From the IMG/VR virus record IMGVR_UViG_3300037454_000146, positions 1 to 64,000 of that record: DNA of 64,000 nucleotides. One strand, given 5' to 3'. Made by a program: the position numbers and the translations under genes. This stretch comes from a virus. Below are positions 59,315 to 64,000 of the stretch, one piece after another. The notes under the pieces were generated by a model. The model saw nothing but the letters and a program-made list of their open reading frames with translations. It had not been told where the DNA came from and ran no database searches. The stretch's first letter is position 1, and the number at the start of each line of letters is the position of its first letter.

Positions 59315-59812
59315 TCACCCCTCGCACAATCCACTATCCAAATCTACCGCCTCAAACACAAGCTGTCTAAACCTGTATGTCGTATTAACGCTACCTGCTG
59401 TGTCCGACTTTAATTGAAGCGTACCCACGCCGAAATCCTGCCGTCCCTCATATTTTTCTTCTATGAGTTCTGCAAGGTAGTCCATACGAGTTCCACTTTC
59501 GCCAACCATATCCATGTGCATATCCTCTTGGTGAGTGAGCACATAAAACACGATTGTCGGGTGAACCCAAATGTTGCTGTCACTACTGCCGTAACGTGTA
59601 CGACGCTCTGGTATGTCAATCTCGATGAGAATATAGGAACGCACTTGCTCCTCAGTTTGAGGAATGAAGTAATGGCAAAATATTCGTTTCCATACAAGGT
59701 CATCGGGATCTTCATCAGGATTTAAGCCGAGAGCATTTATGATTTCTTCGTCTTGAGATAATTCAGAAACGATTTTGTTTTTCCATTCTCGTATGCATTT
59801 TGACTTAGCCAT
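59315..59812 (-). CDS. hypothetical head-tail joining module protein
   Basis: 165-aa ORF in the late operon. Confidence 0.45.
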   Translation of the reverse strand: MAKSKCIREWKNKIVSELSQDEEIINALGLNPDEDPDDLVWKRIFCHYFIPQTEEQVRSYILIEIDIPERRTRYGSSDSNIWVHPTIVFYVLTHQEDMHMDMVGESGTRMDYLAELIEEKYEGRQDFGVGTLQLKSDTAGSVNTTYRFRQLVFEAVDLDSGLCEG

Positions 59813-59826
59813 CTCTCAGCACCTCC

Positions 59827-60810
59827 TCACACAGCCCCTATAATATCGACCAGTAACTCCGATGATAAGCTGCCCGCCGTTGCAACAACCTTGAAACTTG
59901 CACCGACCATTGCACTATCATTAGCACACTTCACCACGCACTTGTTACCAGTCTGCGTCATAGTAATCTTACCTTCCCACATCTCGGAATATACCAAAGT
60001 AAACACAATATTATACTCTGTCTCCGCTGTAAAGGTCTTACGACCACCAATGCGAATTGATGGACTGCCCGCATAACTTATGAGGATGGGGGATGTCGGT
60101 TGCGGTACATCGCTCGGATTTACATAGTCGCAAAGCATTAAGTCAACTCTGTCAACGTCGGGGTTAATCTCGGTTTCCGTGAGTACAAGCAGAATACAAC
60201 CCTTGCCGTCATATCTCGGCTCGGCTGTTCCGTCATATCCCATAGTTACCGTATCGACACGAGTAATGTCGTAACATTTTGGAGACTCTATGTTGAAGTC
60301 AACCATAAGACGCTTGTCCGATTTCAGTTTTAAAGTTTCCTCATCAATCGGCAAATACACCATGAGCTGATTTGAGCCAACAACTATGACGTTATTGTAC
60401 TTCTCGCCGTTGTTATACTTCGAGGCACTGAGCACTACCGACCAACGCTCAATAATATCCGCTTCTGTATTCTGCCATTTGAGGACGTAGTTGCACTGTT
60501 GCATCTTGCCATATGTGTAAACTTCCTTATCCCAATCACATGAGACTATAAGCCACATAGCATCTGCCCATTCAACATAATCGCCAGCGTCAAAATATTC
60601 ATCGGGCAAACTTTTTACGTCCTTGTAATAGGGGAGAGTACCGTCATCAATAACGAGTTTCTGCGGTACGCCATTAACAAGACAATCTTTGCAGGAGAGG
60701 GAGTTGACGGCATTGATTTTCAAATTACGTTTTTCTTGGTATAAAGTGCGTTCTCTCACGGTATTTCCGCGAAACTTAACTCGCGCCTTATACGAATCGA
60801 AATCCGCCAT
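59827..60810 (-). CDS. hypothetical structural protein
   Basis: ATG 60810 (MADFDSYKARV) after AAGGAGGG. The longer tracked ORF overlaps the upstream gene. Confidence 0.45.
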   Translation of the reverse strand: MADFDSYKARVKFRGNTVRERTLYQEKRNLKINAVNSLSCKDCLVNGVPQKLVIDDGTLPYYKDVKSLPDEYFDAGDYVEWADAMWLIVSCDWDKEVYTYGKMQQCNYVLKWQNTEADIIERWSVVLSASKYNNGEKYNNVIVVGSNQLMVYLPIDEETLKLKSDKRLMVDFNIESPKCYDITRVDTVTMGYDGTAEPRYDGKGCILLVLTETEINPDVDRVDLMLCDYVNPSDVPQPTSPILISYAGSPSIRIGGRKTFTAETEYNIVFTLVYSEMWEGKITMTQTGNKCVVKCANDSAMVGASFKVVATAGSLSSELLVDIIGAV

Positions 60811-60811
60811 A

Positions 60812-61144
60812 CTATCCCTCCTTTGCAAAATATTTCTTGTTGATACTTTCGATGTGGCGAATTGCCTTGAACACCTCGCGCCTACAAACAGGCACATCAA
60901 CGTCGTTATCAATAAGATACTCGACGATATTTAGAGCACTCATAAACTGAGGTTCTTCAATAAGCTGCCTATATAAATGATAGCTCCCCACCATTTCAAC
61001 TTTAAGGCTTTCAAGATATGTGGTGAGCGTTTGACAGCCTTCTTCTTTCATCGGCAGAATCTTGTAAATCTTTCCAATCATATATTGGAAGTAATTCTGA
61101 AACGCCTTTTCATCCAACTCAGCATAATCTATCTTCACACTCAT
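60812..61144 (-). CDS. hypothetical head-completion protein
   Basis: 110-aa ORF, ATGA-coupled. Confidence 0.45.
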   Translation of the reverse strand: MSVKIDYAELDEKAFQNYFQYMIGKIYKILPMKEEGCQTLTTYLESLKVEMVGSYHLYRQLIEEPQFMSALNIVEYLIDNDVDVPVCRREVFKAIRHIESINKKYFAKEG

Positions 61145-61566
61145 ACTAAATCTCCTACGTCATTGTGAATAAACGAATATTCTTTAATGCGTGATAAAAA
61201 ATTAGCGTGAGCCGTTAAATAGGTAGTGTTGACCTTATCAAGCAGATTGGCGGGAGAGAACGTAGTAAAATCCTTTGTGCTCAATGCGTTGCGCAGTAAT
61301 TCAAGATTATTGCGATACGGTTTCAGCCACGATTCAATCATTCCCTCGGACAGTATGTCAATCTCATCAAGGTCTAAATCCTCGGTAAAACCGTTCTCGT
61401 CGGTCAGAGATAAATCCTTTTTACAGGATTCCAAAAACCTCACAACAGCCTGATTGAGTAAACCACTCATAACAGTATTAGCGTCACCTACCGCCATATC
61501 TGCCAAATCGTAGTCATTAATCTTGTCGAGAAAACTGTTGTAAACTACGTTATAAGCCGTCGCCAT
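61141..61566 (-). CDS. putative head-tail connector/adaptor protein
   Basis: 141-aa helical acidic protein just after the capsid genes. Positional call. Confidence 0.4.
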   Translation of the reverse strand: MATAYNVVYNSFLDKINDYDLADMAVGDANTVMSGLLNQAVVRFLESCKKDLSLTDENGFTEDLDLDEIDILSEGMIESWLKPYRNNLELLRNALSTKDFTTFSPANLLDKVNTTYLTAHANFLSRIKEYSFIHNDVGDLV

Positions 61567-62108
61567 TAAGTCACCTCGTCCATATCAAAACTAATTCCCA
61601 GCGCCTTTTCGAGAGCTTCCGTTTTAGCCTTTGAATCAAGACGCGAATCATTGTCCGCAAGCATTGTATACGCTTTTGTGGTAATTGTCTCCTTAACGGC
61701 TTTAGGCAGATTGGGAACAATCTCACCTATCTTCTTTGCCGAAAAATCGAATATATCGTCAATCGTCTCATAAAGACCGTTTGATACATAATACTTGTCT
61801 ACATTAAGCGCTTTGTAAATTTGCTCTGCGGTATAATCATCTGTGTCCTCAATAGTAATCCAGTTATTCACAAAAAACTTCTTCTGACTGTTACGCATAG
61901 AAACGAGCTCGCCGTATTCCATTTCAATAACCGTACCAGATTCGTCCCATGTTTCCTCATATCCCGTTTTCTTAGACTTGTAGTACAGCACGCCGCCTAC
62001 GTTACTTCTAACAGGAATAAGATAATCTGAATCTATCTTTACCTTTACAGGCTTGGGAGCTTCTACTTGAATAGGAGCTTCGGTTACTTTCTTTGCAGTT
62101 CTTGCCAT
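61566..62108 (-). CDS. hypothetical protein (capsid-associated position)
   Basis: ATG 62108 (MARTAKKV) after AAGGAG. Confidence 0.45.
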   Translation of the reverse strand: MARTAKKVTEAPIQVEAPKPVKVKIDSDYLIPVRSNVGGVLYYKSKKTGYEETWDESGTVIEMEYGELVSMRNSQKKFFVNNWITIEDTDDYTAEQIYKALNVDKYYVSNGLYETIDDIFDFSAKKIGEIVPNLPKAVKETITTKAYTMLADNDSRLDSKAKTEALEKALGISFDMDEVT

Positions 62109-62172
62109 TTGAAAAATCTCCTTTAACCCATAATAAGGGCGGTGTATTTCAACCGCCCATTGTCTTATTTGA

Positions 62173-63153
62173 TTATGTGAAATCGTAAACACCCATTGTT
62201 GCAGAAACAGCAACGGCAATACCCTCGCGACGGATTACAGTGTACTCCTGTGTGAGGTCAGCGTTGTCAGCAGCATCTCTTGCAATTACGATAGGCTCGC
62301 CCTCGATATAGTGCTTGATGAACTTATCGTCAGCAGCGATTACGTAAACTCTTGTGTCAGAGAGTACGAAGTTGTCATTTGCGTCAAGATAGTTGCGGAG
62401 TCTAATGCAATCTGTACCATTAAACTTTCCGCTGTAACCCATCTCATAGAAATCATCCTTCACCGTCTCACCAGTCTGAGCCATTGTGAAGTTTCTGAGG
62501 GCTGTTCTTGTGCCAAATACATAAGCAGTCTTGCCTGTTGCAGCCTCTACCTTTTCAATAAGACCAAGCAGACCAGCCTCGGTTGCAGAACCAGAAGCAG
62601 TTACTGTGAATCTTGCTGTAGAGAGGTTATTAAGCTGCTTTGCAACGCTTGCATAGAACTCGCGCTCGAAGCTCTTAGCAACACGGTTTACAAACTCAAC
62701 CCAATCAATGCGACCAGAGAGTATGAGAATGAGCTCCTCATAAATCTTGACAGCCTTGTTTACGGGTGTGAGAGCAACCTTCTGACCGCCGATAAGTCTC
62801 TGACGGCGAATACCCTGTGTGCCATTAGCAACAACGTCAACAGTAAGGAGTGAGTTGTCGGGGATAAGGAACTCAGGCTTGTCGCCCCACTCGCCGCTCT
62901 TTGTCTCAATCCAATTAGCGATAGGAGAATCCTCGAAACCAGCAACGTCGAGAGCGACATCAATAAGCTCCTCGACTACAGCAAAAAGCTCGGGGCACTT
63001 GCCGTCACGGATTGCCTTGTAGTCGATAGTTGTAGAGCCGTTGTTAGCTTCCTTAATCTTATTTACGATAACATCAGTGGGGTTGCCCTCTGCAAACGCA
63101 GTAGGAACACCACGATAAGCGTCAATACAGAGCTTTCTAAAATTTGCTTCCAT
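62173..63153 (-). CDS. putative major capsid protein
   Basis: 326 aa, downstream of the scaffold-like gene, strong RBS. Size and position fit an HK97-fold MCP. No motif-level proof. Confidence 0.5.
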   Translation of the reverse strand: MEANFRKLCIDAYRGVPTAFAEGNPTDVIVNKIKEANNGSTTIDYKAIRDGKCPELFAVVEELIDVALDVAGFEDSPIANWIETKSGEWGDKPEFLIPDNSLLTVDVVANGTQGIRRQRLIGGQKVALTPVNKAVKIYEELILILSGRIDWVEFVNRVAKSFEREFYASVAKQLNNLSTARFTVTASGSATEAGLLGLIEKVEAATGKTAYVFGTRTALRNFTMAQTGETVKDDFYEMGYSGKFNGTDCIRLRNYLDANDNFVLSDTRVYVIAADDKFIKHYIEGEPIVIARDAADNADLTQEYTVIRREGIAVAVSATMGVYDFT

Positions 63154-63179
63154 AGTACAATACCTTCCTTTCTATAAAA

Positions 63180-63674
63180 TTAGAGAACCTCGTAAACGAA
63201 CATTGTAGTGCCGCCTACGTTTTCTGTTGCGAGATACTTAGCAAAGTTCTTATCAGCATTAGCTGTAGATGTTGCTACCCAACCGCCGTCTGTCGCATTG
63301 ATATATGCGTTTGTAGACGAAGGAGTACCGCTTACTACTGCGCCAGCAATAGAGAATATGTCGCACTTTACGAGCTTAGAAACACGGATTATATCACCAT
63401 TAGAATTGAAAAAGTTCTCAAGAGGCTTCTTCTCTGTTGTGTAAGCGTGCTCGGGAGATGTAACAACCCAAACGTCAGCGGCATCTGCGCCGTTAGCTGT
63501 TGCGGTCTTAAATACCTCTCTCTCTCCGTAGTAAGGCTCTGCGTTGCTTGTAACAAGAGTTGTAACCTTGATGGGTGCGCCGTTGTCTATATCGCCGTAA
63601 GCTACACCAGTTCTGATGAGTGCGCCGTCGTGTGTATAAGAACACGAGTCGCTTCTAAAAATACCATGTGCCAT
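63180..63674 (-). CDS. hypothetical capsid-module protein (decoration-like?)
   Basis: 164-aa ORF between the scaffold-like and capsid-like genes. Confidence 0.4.
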   Translation of the reverse strand: MAHGIFRSDSCSYTHDGALIRTGVAYGDIDNGAPIKVTTLVTSNAEPYYGEREVFKTATANGADAADVWVVTSPEHAYTTEKKPLENFFNSNGDIIRVSKLVKCDIFSIAGAVVSGTPSSTNAYINATDGGWVATSTANADKNFAKYLATENVGGTTMFVYEVL

Positions 63675-63697
63675 AAACTTTTAACCTACCTTTCTTA

Positions 63698-64000
63698 TTA
63701 ATCGTTATTTCCATATCTCTCGAAGATGTCGCCATAGGGCGAAACCTTTGTGGGAGTTGCGCCAACCGAGAATTTGATTGATTCGGTCTTGGTTGACTTG
63801 TTGTCATTAAGGGCGAATGTACTCATAGCAAACTTGCCAACGAGAATCATACACTCCTTATCAAGCTGTTCAAGGTCATAATCATTGGATTTAGCCTTAA
63901 GCTCGTTGTACTCGGGCATTTCGCCAATGCGACCGTCGTACTTGGAGAAGATTTCGTTCTCTGCCTTTTCTCTCTCAGCCTTTTCAGCCGCGATCTTAAA
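63698..64000 (-). CDS. scaffold-like protein, 5'-truncated by the window edge
   Basis: The frame stays open upstream of the tracked ATG to nt 64000 (FKIAAEKAEREKAENEIFSKYDGRIGE-MPEYNEL...). Charged coiled-coil composition. Confidence 0.45.
   Translation of the reverse strand, partial: FKIAAEKAEREKAENEIFSKYDGRIGEMPEYNELKAKSNDYDLEQLDKECMILVGKFAMSTFALNDNKSTKTESIKFSVGATPTKVSPYGDIFERYGNND

Overview
The window reads as most of a temperate, siphovirus-like phage genome from a low-GC Firmicute. Support: AGGAGG-type RBSs, sigma-A type promoters, a holin/amidase/XhlA lysis cassette, and an attP carrying the 3' half of a tRNA-Trp. Two convergent arms meet at xis/int/attP (30.4-32.1 kb).

Plus-strand early arm (1-30.6 kb): DenV-like glycosylase, many small ORFs, Sak3-type annealase + SSB + Cas4-like nuclease, primase-helicase, DnaE-type polymerase, Rnl2-like ligase, PAPS-reductase-like PP-loop protein, pentapeptide-type repeat protein, NPPF methyltransferase, VbhA-like antitoxin, cysteine desulfurase, SleB-like hydrolase, HPr-like protein, ThyX-like protein, HNH-AP2 endonuclease, dNMP kinase, a Grx/NrdD/NrdG/FTR-like module, NT5C nucleotidase and dUTPase.

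Minus-strand late arm (64 kb down to 32.1 kb): scaffold, capsid, connector, tail tube, a GIY-YIG + RuvC island, tape measure, tail spikes/fibre, an odd accessory cassette, a TnpB-only IS element, holin, amidase and XhlA-like protein.

Most notable observations:
1. The tape-measure gene is split by an 1852-nt group I intron. Both splice sites are pinned by P1/P10 guide pairing.
2. That intron carries, antisense and with its own promoters, a type III (ToxIN/AbiQ-like) toxin-antitoxin module and a second cargo gene.
3. One extended -10 promoter recurs six times, including inside the intron and in front of a homing-endonuclease/RuvC island in the late operon.
4. The phage appears to encode a full ferredoxin-to-NrdD reducing chain.
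5. G8/G9 homopolymers sit in a methyltransferase and in the adjacent gene.
6. There are orphan VbhA-like, HPr/Crh-like and half-PnuC-like proteins.

All family calls rest on motif recognition by eye. No searches were run.
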